Of a DNA stretch of 64,000 nt, positions 8,265 to 17,526 are shown in pieces. Both the position numbers and the translations under genes were made by a program. Under the pieces are notes generated by a model. That model was not told where the DNA came from, made no database searches, and saw only the letters and a list, made by a program, of their open reading frames with translations. This DNA comes from Clostridia bacterium (GTDB lineage: Bacteria > Bacillota > Clostridia > JAAYHZ01), in assembly GCA_050950825.1 (NCBI GenBank), contig JBMNIH010000002.1, forward strand, positions 480,001-544,000, read 5' to 3'. The stretch's first letter is position 1; every line of letters begins with the position of its first letter.

Positions 8265-10853
8265 TTATTTTTGCTTGCCGAATAACCCCGAATTGACATT
8301 TTTAACGGAGGGCAAGCCGTCTTTCATTTTCATCTCGTTCCATTCTTCCTTGGAGATGAGTACCTGCCTCGGCTTGGAACCTTCGTATCCGCTTATGATA
8401 CCTCTTGCTTCCATTTGGTCGATAATTCGGCCGGCTCTTGCATAGCCGATGGAAAGCTTTCTTTGGATATAGGAAGTGGAGGCTTGGCCGTGAGATACCA
8501 CCAATTCAATGGCCTCGTTCAAAAGCTCATCCGCATCTCCGGCGGAATCTTCCTCGCCGATGGATTCGGAATCGTTTTCTATCTTTTCCATAATATCTTC
8601 GTTGTAGTCCGCCGGTGCGTTGGATTTGACAAAGGATACAATGGATGCCACCTCTTCGTTGCTGACAAAAGTCCCTTGAACGCGAATGGGCACCAATTCT
8701 CCCGCCGGATGGTACAGCATATCCCCTCTTCCTAACAATTTCTCCGCCCCGCCCTTATCCAAAATGGTTCGGGAATCTTGAGGGCTGGATACGGCAAAGG
8801 AGATACGGGAAGGGATGTTGGCCTTTATTACCCCGGTAATAACGTTTACGGAAGGTCTTTGGGTAGCGATGACCAAATGCATACCGGCGGCTCGAGCCAT
8901 TTGCGCCAATCGCTGGATGCTGTCTTCCACCTCGTTTCGGGCTACGGCCATCAAGTCCGCTAACTCGTCGATAATGATAACGATCAAAGGCAGCTTTTCC
9001 GCCGTTCCGGTATTGGCCACCAGCTCGTTGTAGCTGTCGATATCCACCACTTTTTTCTCATAGAACAAATTGTATCGATCCAACATCTCTTGGACCACCC
9101 AGCGTAGAGCTCCCGCCGCCTTCTTCGGATCGGTAACCACCGGTATCAAAAGATGAGGAATACCGTTGTATCGGGATAGCTCCACCATCTTCGGGTCGAT
9201 CATCAAAAGCCTTACGTCCTCCGGAGAAGCTTTGAACAATATGCTCATGATCAAGCTGTTGATGCATACGCTTTTACCGGACCCGGTTGCCCCCGCCACC
9301 AACAGGTGCGGCATTTTGGTAATATCGGCAATAATTACGTTTCCGGAAATATCTTTGCCCAGTACCATGGCCGCTTTGCTCGGATGCTTGATAAACTCCG
9401 TTGATGTGATCATTTCTTTAAAATATACCGGGGTCACCTTGGATTTGGGAATCTCGATTCCAATGGCATCCTTCCCGGGGATAGGCGCTTCCACTCTTAC
9501 CGATCGTGCGGCCAAATTCAATGCGATATCATCGGCCAAATCGGTAAAACGCTTCGCCCTTATACCCGCTTCCGGTTTTAACTCGTAGCGGATGATGGCG
9601 GGACCTTTGGTAATGGTGGAGACGGCAGCTTCCACACCGAAGCTTTTCAAGGTTTCAATCAATTTGGCGGCCTGCAACAAAGTAACGTCCTTTTCGTCCT
9701 TATCCTTTCGAGGAGGAGGCGGATCCTTTAATAAGGAGGCCTTCGGATACTCGTATTGATAAAAAGTACCTTTTAATTCCACCGAATTTTCCGTCGGTTT
9801 TTCCACAGGCTTCTCCGGAAGCTTTTGACGGACCGATTCTTTCGGCTGTTCCTTCTCAGGCAAAAGAATGTTGATGCTTTGCGATTTTATAGGTTTTTCT
9901 TCCTTTACGGGCACAACCGAAGGCTTCGGTTTCGGAAGAATCGGTTCGGCTTTCGGAGCCTCCGGCTCCGGTTCCGAATCCGCTTCCTCGTCCAAAAAAT
10001 CGGAGCTTCGGATGCTGTCTAAAATTCGTATATTAAATGCACCCTTTACCGGTGTTTTCGATTCCTCCGTTTTTTCGAATCCTTCCAATTTCGGAATCGG
10101 TTTTTTCGGCTCTTTCGGTTCTTTATGTTCTTCCGCTTCTTTCATTTGGCGTCGTTCTTTTCGTTTCATTTTCGCACGACGTATCCCTCGCACGATTCCG
10201 ATAATCCCTCGTTTGATCAGTTCGAACACCGTTTGGAAAAACTCGAGAATCGTCATATCCGTAATATAGATCACGGTAATCAATAAAAGTGCGGTCAATA
10301 CCACAATGGTACCGAAGGTTTGGAACACCGATATTAAGGGCATGGCTACCAAGGAGCCTACCGCACCGCCCCCGGCAAGCCTCGTGCCGTTGTTATAGAA
10401 TCTTTCCACTTTGGCACCGAAGGACATCTGGTAGAATTCATCACGGTTGGAAGCGTAATAGGATGTTTGAACCATGGCCGACAACAGGATGAGAAATACC
10501 AGAAAAAGGATTAACCCCTCAAATCCGGCTTCCGGATCCTTTGTGAACAAGGTTCGAAGAGAGTATACGATCAGAAGAATAGGCAAAAAAACGGCAGGCC
10601 ATCCGAACAAGCCGCCCAGCAAATGAGACGTAATGTCGCCGAAAACCCCCACCTTCTCCTGCATGTACAAACCGACAAAAAGCAAGATACCGGTCATCAG
10701 CACCAAAACGGCTATGATATCTCTTTTTACTTTGTGATCTTTCGATTTGCGGACCGAATCGTTTTTCGGTTCGTTTTTCGGCGCAAGCTTCAAATGTCGT
10801 TTTTTGCCTTGGACCTTTTTATTATTTCTGTCGGCCTTGCTTTTGTTTGCCAC
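8265..10853 (-). CDS. ftsK: DNA translocase FtsK/SpoIIIE
   Basis: N-terminal TMs, PHLLVAGATGSGKS, IIIDELADLM, ATQRPS, gamma domain (IGYARAGRIID); GTG start behind GGAGG. Confidence 0.95.
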   Translation of the reverse strand: MANKSKADRNNKKVQGKKRHLKLAPKNEPKNDSVRKSKDHKVKRDIIAVLVLMTGILLFVGLYMQEKVGVFGDITSHLLGGLFGWPAVFLPILLIVYSLRTLFTKDPEAGFEGLILFLVFLILLSAMVQTSYYASNRDEFYQMSFGAKVERFYNNGTRLAGGGAVGSLVAMPLISVFQTFGTIVVLTALLLITVIYITDMTILEFFQTVFELIKRGIIGIVRGIRRAKMKRKERRQMKEAEEHKEPKEPKKPIPKLEGFEKTEESKTPVKGAFNIRILDSIRSSDFLDEEADSEPEPEAPKAEPILPKPKPSVVPVKEEKPIKSQSINILLPEKEQPKESVRQKLPEKPVEKPTENSVELKGTFYQYEYPKASLLKDPPPPRKDKDEKDVTLLQAAKLIETLKSFGVEAAVSTITKGPAIIRYELKPEAGIRAKRFTDLADDIALNLAARSVRVEAPIPGKDAIGIEIPKSKVTPVYFKEMITSTEFIKHPSKAAMVLGKDISGNVIIADITKMPHLLVAGATGSGKSVCINSLIMSILFKASPEDVRLLMIDPKMVELSRYNGIPHLLIPVVTDPKKAAGALRWVVQEMLDRYNLFYEKKVVDIDSYNELVANTGTAEKLPLIVIIIDELADLMAVARNEVEDSIQRLAQMARAAGMHLVIATQRPSVNVITGVIKANIPSRISFAVSSPQDSRTILDKGGAEKLLGRGDMLYHPAGELVPIRVQGTFVSNEEVASIVSFVKSNAPADYNEDIMEKIENDSESIGEEDSAGDADELLNEAIELVVSHGQASTSYIQRKLSIGYARAGRIIDQMEARGIISGYEGSKPRQVLISKEEWNEMKMKDGLPSVKNVNSGLFGKQK

Positions 10854-10875
10854 CTGTACAAAAACCTCCAACTTC

Positions 10876-11808
10876 TTATTTTCCCCAAGTTCGAGGGTCC
10901 GTCACCTCGTCGGGTACCGATTGAAAACAATCCATGATTTCCTCCGTCATTTCCTTTGAAAGAGGAGGCGTATGATAAAGCTCAATGTTTTTCCTTACTT
11001 GCTCTATTGTTTCGCATCCTAAAACCAAACCCGTCACGGCTTCTTGGTCTCGAACGTAAGCCAAAGCCGTTTCCGCTATGCTTCTTTGCTCTTTCGAACA
11101 CAATGCCCGAAGCTTTTCGATATAGGGTTTGGCTTGTGTTAATTTGCCGGAAAGCTCCTCGGGCTCTAAAAACAGCAAGCCTTGTAAGTATATGCTGCGA
11201 ACGAAAACGATCATTCCTTTTTGCCGTAATCTTTCCAAGGCACCGGAGCGGACCAACCGCAGGTCGAAAATATTCACGGGAACCTGAACCGCATCGAATA
11301 CCGGCTCCTCCAAAACCCGGTCCGTATCATCGCTTCCGTATAGCGAAATTCCGGCCAGTTTTATGTATCCTCGGTCTTTTAAATATTCCAAAGCCTCTAC
11401 GGCCGCTTTTCCTCCGTTCTTCCATTCAACGAAGCTGTGGAGCAAAACAATCGGAATCGTGTCCAAGCAAAGGAGACTGCATGAGCGTTCTACCGAACGG
11501 ACCGTGTAATCGAAAATCTCTTTATCCTTCATGCCGGGCTTTATCCCGGACACCTTGGTGACTACAAGAGGCCTTTCCGAATCTTTTTTGCTTTTGTTGT
11601 AAAGCCCGATGATTTTCTCCGATTCTCCGTATGCCGATGCGGTATCGAGAGTATTGACTCCGCCGTTTATCGCTTCTTGAATGATTTCAAGCCCCGTGTT
11701 TACATCCGGCATACCGCTTTTGTTGGCGATACCGTACGGCATCCCCAATTGTACCGTTCCTAACACCAACCCGGAAATAGCCAAATCTTTCATTACGGTT
11801 ATTTTCAT
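10876..11808 (-). CDS. Aldo/keto reductase
   Basis: LGTVQLG, DTASAYGESE, VVTK and RSIYLQGLL motifs. Confidence 0.9.
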   Translation of the reverse strand: MKITVMKDLAISGLVLGTVQLGMPYGIANKSGMPDVNTGLEIIQEAINGGVNTLDTASAYGESEKIIGLYNKSKKDSERPLVVTKVSGIKPGMKDKEIFDYTVRSVERSCSLLCLDTIPIVLLHSFVEWKNGGKAAVEALEYLKDRGYIKLAGISLYGSDDTDRVLEEPVFDAVQVPVNIFDLRLVRSGALERLRQKGMIVFVRSIYLQGLLFLEPEELSGKLTQAKPYIEKLRALCSKEQRSIAETALAYVRDQEAVTGLVLGCETIEQVRKNIELYHTPPLSKEMTEEIMDCFQSVPDEVTDPRTWGK

Positions 11809-11924
11809 ACGCTTGCACCTTGCACCTTTTTCCGTAGAGTTTGCTTGACGTTTTCCATTATATCACATAAAGGAATAAGCTGCCAACATAAACGACACCG
11901 GACTTCATCGGTTCGAAAATCGTT

Positions 11925-11961
11925 AAAAACCCCCTTGTCTGTGAAGAACAAAGGGGTGTTC
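11925..11961. terminator. Terminator-like hairpin
   Basis: ACCCCCTTGT...ACAAAGGGGTGTT inverted repeat with an A-run on the left (T-tract on the minus strand). Confidence 0.55.
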
Positions 11962-11986
11962 GCTTTATTGATTTTACGTTTGTCCC

Positions 11987-12724
11987 TTATCTTCCCTTTA
12001 TTTCCGCAGGCAGCGTTCCTTTAAATACCAATGCGCCGTTTTTTACCGAAAGCTCTTCGATTTCGATACCGTTTTCCTTTGAAGCCGTTTTGTTAATCAG
12101 ATTTCTTAACTCTCCTTCGATGATGCGAACCGCTTCTTCCTTCAAAACGCGATTTCCCAACCTCACCGTTTCCAAACGAATCTCCACGTAATTGGAGGAT
12201 ACAAGTTCAAAAGAGCCCTTCCCGTAAACCGGTTTGTTGTGAAGAATTTTGCCGATCCATTTTACAAGAACGGGATTTTCTTCTTCCGTAAGACCCAAAT
12301 GCTTGTTCATTACGGTCATGATGCTTTTGTTTGTCATGCAATAGAATTCGAATCGGTTTCCTTGGGCGAGCTTGATTTGGATGTTTTTCAAAGGACCGCT
12401 CTCTTTATTGGCCTCGTTCAAAATAGCGTAAATCTCTTCGACGGATAAAGTCGCCTCAACAGGTATGCTTCCGTCGGTTTCGTAGTCCCCGTTATAGATG
12501 TTCAAAAGATGGAGCCGCGAAACATCACCGACGATATCCGTTTTCACTTTCTCCATGCCGGATAGAAAGTCATCATAATCCCCTGAGATTTTAAGATCGT
12601 AGTGATCCGCCTTCAGCTTCTGAATATTGACGCCGATTAATACGGCTACCCCCAGAACGATGAATAAAAGAACGGCCAGTATGGTTTTGAAACACCCGCC
12701 ACGCTTTTCTTTTTCTTTTGCCAT
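11987..12724 (-). CDS. Hypothetical membrane-anchored protein
   Basis: Basic N-terminus plus one TM helix; GGGGG RBS; own promoter. Confidence 0.75.
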   Translation of the reverse strand: MAKEKEKRGGCFKTILAVLLFIVLGVAVLIGVNIQKLKADHYDLKISGDYDDFLSGMEKVKTDIVGDVSRLHLLNIYNGDYETDGSIPVEATLSVEEIYAILNEANKESGPLKNIQIKLAQGNRFEFYCMTNKSIMTVMNKHLGLTEEENPVLVKWIGKILHNKPVYGKGSFELVSSNYVEIRLETVRLGNRVLKEEAVRIIEGELRNLINKTASKENGIEIEELSVKNGALVFKGTLPAEIKGR

Positions 12725-12771
12725 TTTTCCGGCTTTTAAAGCCTGTTCCCCCCTTGATTCTTAATGCTTCA

Positions 12772-12839
12772 ATTATACCACAGCCCATATCGAATTCCAA
12801 CGTTTTAAAATTGCATTTGAATCGGGAATAGAGTAAACT
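12772..12839. promoter_or_regulatory. Divergent sigmaA-type promoter pair
   Basis: Minus strand TTGGAA-17-TATAAT (12800-12772); plus strand TTGCAT-17-TAAACT (12811-12839). Confidence 0.55.
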
Positions 12840-12895
12840 AAGACGTATAAAGGGTCGTATCCTGCGGATGCTTTGATGCAAAATGAAAGGCTTGT

Positions 12896-13771
12896 ATGGA
12901 AGAATCGATGAATATATTGAAAGCGAAGGATCTTTTCACTGCCGAAGATTTTCCGATTGAAATACGGAAGCAAGTCCATAACGGACACACGAAAATCCAT
13001 ATGCACGATTTTTACGAGTTCGTGTTTTTGGAAACGGGAATCTCTTTGCATACCTACGCGGACAAATTCACCGTTTTGCTGCCCGGAGATATGTTCGGAA
13101 TACGACCTATGGAGCCTCACGAGTATACGCGGGCGAAACAAGCGGTCTTGTACAACATTCTTTTCGATATTCCGGCATTAGGAGACGATTACGAAGAAAT
13201 TCGAAGGCTTCCGGGCTTGAAAGAAATATTCGAAGAAAAAGATTCCTTTGAATGGCGCACCATTCACCTGCCCTTAAACAAGCAAATTTCCGCGGTTAAA
13301 ATCATAAAGTCGGCCATGGAGCAGCAAAAAGCAAAGGATGCGGGTTGGAAGCTGGCGGTAAAAAGCTGTCTTGTGGAGCTTTTGGTCTTGTATGCCCAAT
13401 CCTACAAGGAAATGTCCTACACCCCGACGGACGAGCCGGGCGGGCAGGTTTCCTACATTTACGAAGCTCTTGCCTTTATTGAAAAATATTATCAAAATCC
13501 CATTAATGTCAACCAAGTGGCCCGACACTGCGGGATTTCCGCCGACTACTTAACCAAATGCTTTAAAAAATTCACGGGGCTGACCCCCATCGATTATATG
13601 AAGCACTACAAGCTGGCGAAGTCCGTGGAGCTTATAAAAGACCCGAAAATCTCCATTGCCCAAGCGGCATCGGAAACCGGATTCGACGACCATACCTACT
13701 TTTCACGACTTTTTAAACAGGTTTTCGGGATGTCACCTTCGGAGTTCCGAAAACACTCCTTCCCGGAGTAA
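12896..13771 (+). CDS. AraC family transcriptional regulator (cupin sensor, RhaR/RhaS-like)
   Basis: HMHDFYEF cupin; C-terminal GFDDHTYFSRLFKQVFGMSPSEFR. Confidence 0.92.
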   Translation: MEESMNILKAKDLFTAEDFPIEIRKQVHNGHTKIHMHDFYEFVFLETGISLHTYADKFTVLLPGDMFGIRPMEPHEYTRAKQAVLYNILFDIPALGDDYEEIRRLPGLKEIFEEKDSFEWRTIHLPLNKQISAVKIIKSAMEQQKAKDAGWKLAVKSCLVELLVLYAQSYKEMSYTPTDEPGGQVSYIYEALAFIEKYYQNPINVNQVARHCGISADYLTKCFKKFTGLTPIDYMKHYKLAKSVELIKDPKISIAQAASETGFDDHTYFSRLFKQVFGMSPSEFRKHSFPE

Positions 13772-13793
13772 ATCCTATGGAAAGGTGGAAAAC

Positions 13794-14264
13794 ATGACGG
13801 ACAAAAAGAATTTTTATCGAGTCTTAAACGAAGATTTAAAAGCCTTGATCGAAGATGAAACCGATTGGGTGGCCAATTGCGCCAATTGCTCCGCCCTGCT
13901 ATTTAACCGCATGACGGATATCAACTGGGCCGGTTTTTACATTTTGAAAGAAGGAGTGCTGGTGTTAGGTCCCTTCCAAGGAAAACCGGCATGCGTTCGC
14001 ATCCCTATGGGAAAAGGCGTTTGCGGTACCGCCGCCTTAAAAAGAGAAACCCAAGTAGTGGAAGACGTGCACCGGTTCGAAGGCCACATAGCCTGCGACG
14101 AAGCCTCCCGATCGGAAATCGTGGTCCCCATCATTCGGAACAACCGGGTTATCGGGGTTTTGGATATAGACAGCCCCGTTTTAAAACGCTTCGACCAAGC
14201 CGACGCCGAAGGGCTGTCGGATACGGTAGCGCTTTTAAATCGTTACAACCGTTGGTCCGATTGA
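13794..14264 (+). CDS. msrC: GAF-domain free methionine-(R)-sulfoxide reductase (MsrC/YtsP)
   Basis: INWAGFY, GPFQGKPAC, GKGVCG, GHIACD and GVLDIDSP motifs. Confidence 0.88.
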   Translation: MTDKKNFYRVLNEDLKALIEDETDWVANCANCSALLFNRMTDINWAGFYILKEGVLVLGPFQGKPACVRIPMGKGVCGTAALKRETQVVEDVHRFEGHIACDEASRSEIVVPIIRNNRVIGVLDIDSPVLKRFDQADAEGLSDTVALLNRYNRWSD

Positions 14265-14289
14265 AACTAAAAAAACATCGTTGGAGAAT

Positions 14290-15324
14290 CTAGGAGAGAA
14301 TTTGTACTTCCAAAAACGAAGGGAATTCTCTTTTTTTCGAGGAAGTGTATTTCAACAATACGCTTTTTTCGTCGTCATCTTCCGTCTCCTCTTCAAAGCC
14401 CATCATTTTGTAGGTGATGTACATGACGCGATTACGGTCCGTATGAAGAAACTCGGCGTAAAGGTCCTTGTTTTCCGATTGAGCCAACCGAATACAATGA
14501 ATCAAAAAGGCCGTACCGATTCCTTTGCTCATAACCCTGCAGGACATGAGAAGAAGCTTGATGATGTATCGGTCCTGTCCTTTCTCCATCAGGCAAATAC
14601 CGATTTTCCCGTAATCTCCGAAACGGTCCTTCAATTCCGCTATTAAAAACACATGATTTTTGGAATCCGTCAAACTCTTTAGTTCTTCATAAGAGTAGGT
14701 GTATCCGGTGGAATTCAACTGGTGGGTCCGTAAAGTCAATTCCTCTACACGCTTTAAATCGTCGTAGGTAACGTTGGATACGGTCAGCTTCAATCCTAAG
14801 GTCTTTAAAAACTCTTCCTTGCTGCCCGTGAAGCTTTCCTCTTCTTTTTTTCGCAGTTCCTCGCTTTGGTACATCAAGCGTCTTTTTTTGGCGTCCTCGG
14901 TGATGGTATCGGGAATGAAGCGGTCCATGTTGACAATGTTCATGTATTCCGCCGCATCGATAACTAGTACCTCGGGATGGGAGAACTTGACCTCTTCCCT
15001 TTCCGTAATGTCATCGTCCACAAAAGCGAAGGTATTTGTTGAAATGTTGAGCTTTTCCGCGACCGTTTTAATGGCTTCGGCTTTCGAGCTCCAGCTGATT
15101 TGAGGGTATAGAAAATAGTGACGGATGCCGTATTCCTCCAGTTTTTTTACGGCATCTTGGTAATTGTTTTTGCTGCTGATGGATTGCAAAATGCCCCTTT
15201 GGTCAAGGGTTTCCAAAACCTCCTTGATTCCGGGCTTTAAGGTAACGCTTCCGCCTTCCGCCATAATGCCCGTCCAAAGTGTATTGTCCAAGTCCCATAC
15301 CACGCATTTGATCTTCTCCGTCAT
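14290..15324 (-). CDS. FkbH-family HAD-IIIC glyceryl-ACP synthase/phosphatase
   Basis: KCVVWDLDNTLW, SKN, FVDD..ER, RTHQLN, DRFGDYG and LMSCRV motifs. Confidence 0.93.
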   Translation of the reverse strand: MTEKIKCVVWDLDNTLWTGIMAEGGSVTLKPGIKEVLETLDQRGILQSISSKNNYQDAVKKLEEYGIRHYFLYPQISWSSKAEAIKTVAEKLNISTNTFAFVDDDITEREEVKFSHPEVLVIDAAEYMNIVNMDRFIPDTITEDAKKRRLMYQSEELRKKEEESFTGSKEEFLKTLGLKLTVSNVTYDDLKRVEELTLRTHQLNSTGYTYSYEELKSLTDSKNHVFLIAELKDRFGDYGKIGICLMEKGQDRYIIKLLLMSCRVMSKGIGTAFLIHCIRLAQSENKDLYAEFLHTDRNRVMYITYKMMGFEEETEDDDEKSVLLKYTSSKKREFPSFLEVQILS

Positions 15325-15337
15325 CGAAAAGCCTCCC

Positions 15338-15577
15338 TCACTTTTTCATGATTCTTAAAACGGTTTCTGCAATTTTCTCTACGGAACGAAAGTTGTCTTC
15401 CTTAATCTCCTTGTTTTTAATTCGAATCTTAAATTCTTTTTCCAAAAACATAATTAGCTGAAGAGCAAACAAAGAGTCCACATAGCCTTGTTGAAAAAGG
15501 TCGTCTTGGTCTTTGATCCCTTCCATGGATTTGTTTTTATTTAAAAATTCTCTTACCTTCTTTTTTATTTCATCCAT
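15338..15577 (-). CDS. Acyl carrier protein (DltC-like, stand-alone)
   Basis: 79 aa; GYVDSL phosphopantetheine Ser; LEKEFKI..., NFRSV. Confidence 0.9.
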   Translation of the reverse strand: MDEIKKKVREFLNKNKSMEGIKDQDDLFQQGYVDSLFALQLIMFLEKEFKIRIKNKEIKEDNFRSVEKIAETVLRIMKK

Positions 15578-15669
15578 ACGATCCGATATCTCCGTTTCTT
15601 GTTAACGTTAAACCCGAAAATACCTTAACACGTTTAAAGAGCATTTGCAACTTGTCTTAATTTTATACT

Positions 15670-17514
15670 TCACGATTCCTCCAACAGCTTCAGCAAAGCA
15701 TTCGTATCCAAGGAGGCGGGAACGGCGATGCGTTTTAGACCGTAAAGGCTTTGGGGCAAGCCCTTTACCAAGGTGTTGATACCGGGGTTTACGGTTACGG
15801 ATGCCCGGTTTCCCATTTCGCGAAGCAGCGCTTCCGTTAAAATCGTGTATTTCCCAAAGGGATAAAAATATGCCGTCACCTTTGACCCCGTTTGATCTTC
15901 GATTAAGGCTTTGTTATTTAAATAGTCTTCTTTAAAGATACGAATATATTCTTCTTCCCTTTCCCCTTTTTTAGGCAAAACCCCTTCGCGATAAACATCG
16001 GGTAATTCGTAAGGCTCGTTATCGTGCATGCTAAAAGAGTGGGATTGTATCTCCATAACCCCTGCTTTAACCATTTCTCGGCCTTGTTCGCCGCTAAAAT
16101 GAGGAATCATGGAATAATCGGTATCCTTGTATCGGTCCTTTCCTACGGATATACCGATAACCGAGATGACGCCTTTCATGTTCCGTTCCCGCAAAACGGG
16201 ATAGGCGTATGTGTAGTTGCTTTCGTAGCCGTCGTCAAAGGTGATAACAATCGGTTTTTCGGGAAGCTCCTTGCCTTGGTCCACATAAGCAATCAAATCG
16301 GAGAAAAAGACCGTCTCGTACCCCGCCTTTAGCAATGCGTCCATATCTTTTTTGAATTTTTCCGGGGTCACCGTAACGGAGCCGATTTTCGATTCGTCCT
16401 CATCCAGATGATGATACATAAGAATCGGCACTTTTTTTGTATATTCCAAAGGATCCGGTTTTTCTTTGGGCGTGAAGGCTTCCAAGGCCCTTTCTTTTAC
16501 ATTATCGGATTTTGTGTAATGTCCGAAGCCTTCCGGAACATAAACGGAATCGTCGTCGAATAGGACGGCGCACATCATCTCTCCGACGGAATTTCGGTAA
16601 TGCTTGGCGTCGTAAAAATAGCGTTCGTCACGGCTTACGGGTGAGTAGCCGGAAAAGTCCCAAAAGTCCGTTACCTCCGCAATGGCCTCCCAAAAGGCCG
16701 TCAACTCCTCCTCGTCATACATCCTTATCTCTTTTTCATAAACGGGAGATGCGATTACAATCAGGTTAACGTTCTTTTCCTCGCATGCCGTTTTGATGGC
16801 TTTTAAGGATTTTTTAAAATTCTCGATTTGAGACAAGGAAGCCTTCCCAAGGTCTTGGCGAAAGCCTTGGTTGTTCCGCAGGTATTCGTCGTAATCCACG
16901 ATGGATTCCCGGTCTCGCACTCGTTTGTCGTACAGTCCGGTTTCCGGTACGAAAACGTTTTGCGCATCCGGCAAGTATCCTTGCCGGATAACGGATACGA
17001 TTTTATCAAAGGCATATTTCGGATTGGCGAAAAGATGCTTGCCGTAAAAAAGAAGCGAGCTTTTTCCTTCGACTTTGCAGTGGTTAATCCCCTTTAAGGG
17101 ATCCGATTCTTCGTTGTAGAAGGCTCCTTCCTCCAAACCGATATTGACCACCAGATTTTTAACCTCGTAATTTTTCAAAAGATAAAGAGCGGTTTTTTCC
17201 ATGTCGTACATGTCGCCGCCGTAGAAAAACATGTTGTAAAACTTCGCCCCTTCGATGTACGAGTTCAGGATTTCCGGTGACAGTGCTCCGGACTTGGATC
17301 CTCCGATGACGTACGAATTGTAATTTTCATGGTGTTTGTCGATGTATGCGATTTTTGCCGTTCGGGGATTGTTAGTCATATTGTACGAGTAGCGATTGAA
17401 AAAGATGTCTCCGAAAACACCGAAGGGATCCGTCGCCCAATTGAATAAGATCAATAGACACGCGGTGAGAAGACCGAATAAAACGAATTTTTTCAACCAT
17501 TTATCGTAAGTCAT
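15670..17514 (-). CDS. Membrane-anchored fusion: DltD/SGNH-like acyltransferase domain plus IcaB/PgaB-type polysaccharide deacetylase
   Basis: N-terminal TM plus DPFG; IGGSKS and DAKH (DxxH); C-terminal VPILMYHH, ITFDDGY, QSHSFSMH, YPFG. Confidence 0.8.
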   Translation of the reverse strand: MTYDKWLKKFVLFGLLTACLLILFNWATDPFGVFGDIFFNRYSYNMTNNPRTAKIAYIDKHHENYNSYVIGGSKSGALSPEILNSYIEGAKFYNMFFYGGDMYDMEKTALYLLKNYEVKNLVVNIGLEEGAFYNEESDPLKGINHCKVEGKSSLLFYGKHLFANPKYAFDKIVSVIRQGYLPDAQNVFVPETGLYDKRVRDRESIVDYDEYLRNNQGFRQDLGKASLSQIENFKKSLKAIKTACEEKNVNLIVIASPVYEKEIRMYDEEELTAFWEAIAEVTDFWDFSGYSPVSRDERYFYDAKHYRNSVGEMMCAVLFDDDSVYVPEGFGHYTKSDNVKERALEAFTPKEKPDPLEYTKKVPILMYHHLDEDESKIGSVTVTPEKFKKDMDALLKAGYETVFFSDLIAYVDQGKELPEKPIVITFDDGYESNYTYAYPVLRERNMKGVISVIGISVGKDRYKDTDYSMIPHFSGEQGREMVKAGVMEIQSHSFSMHDNEPYELPDVYREGVLPKKGEREEEYIRIFKEDYLNNKALIEDQTGSKVTAYFYPFGKYTILTEALLREMGNRASVTVNPGINTLVKGLPQSLYGLKRIAVPASLDTNALLKLLEES

Positions 17515-17526
17515 AACGATGTACTC

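Noticed and set aside
9780-10180. Pro/Glu/Lys-rich low-complexity stretch in ftsK
   Set aside because: Normal FtsK/SpoIIIE linker.
14290-15577. FkbH+ACP as a polyketide or tetronate biosynthetic cluster
   Set aside because: No KS, AT, FabH-like or NRPS genes nearby; the genes are co-transcribed with the MBOAT instead.
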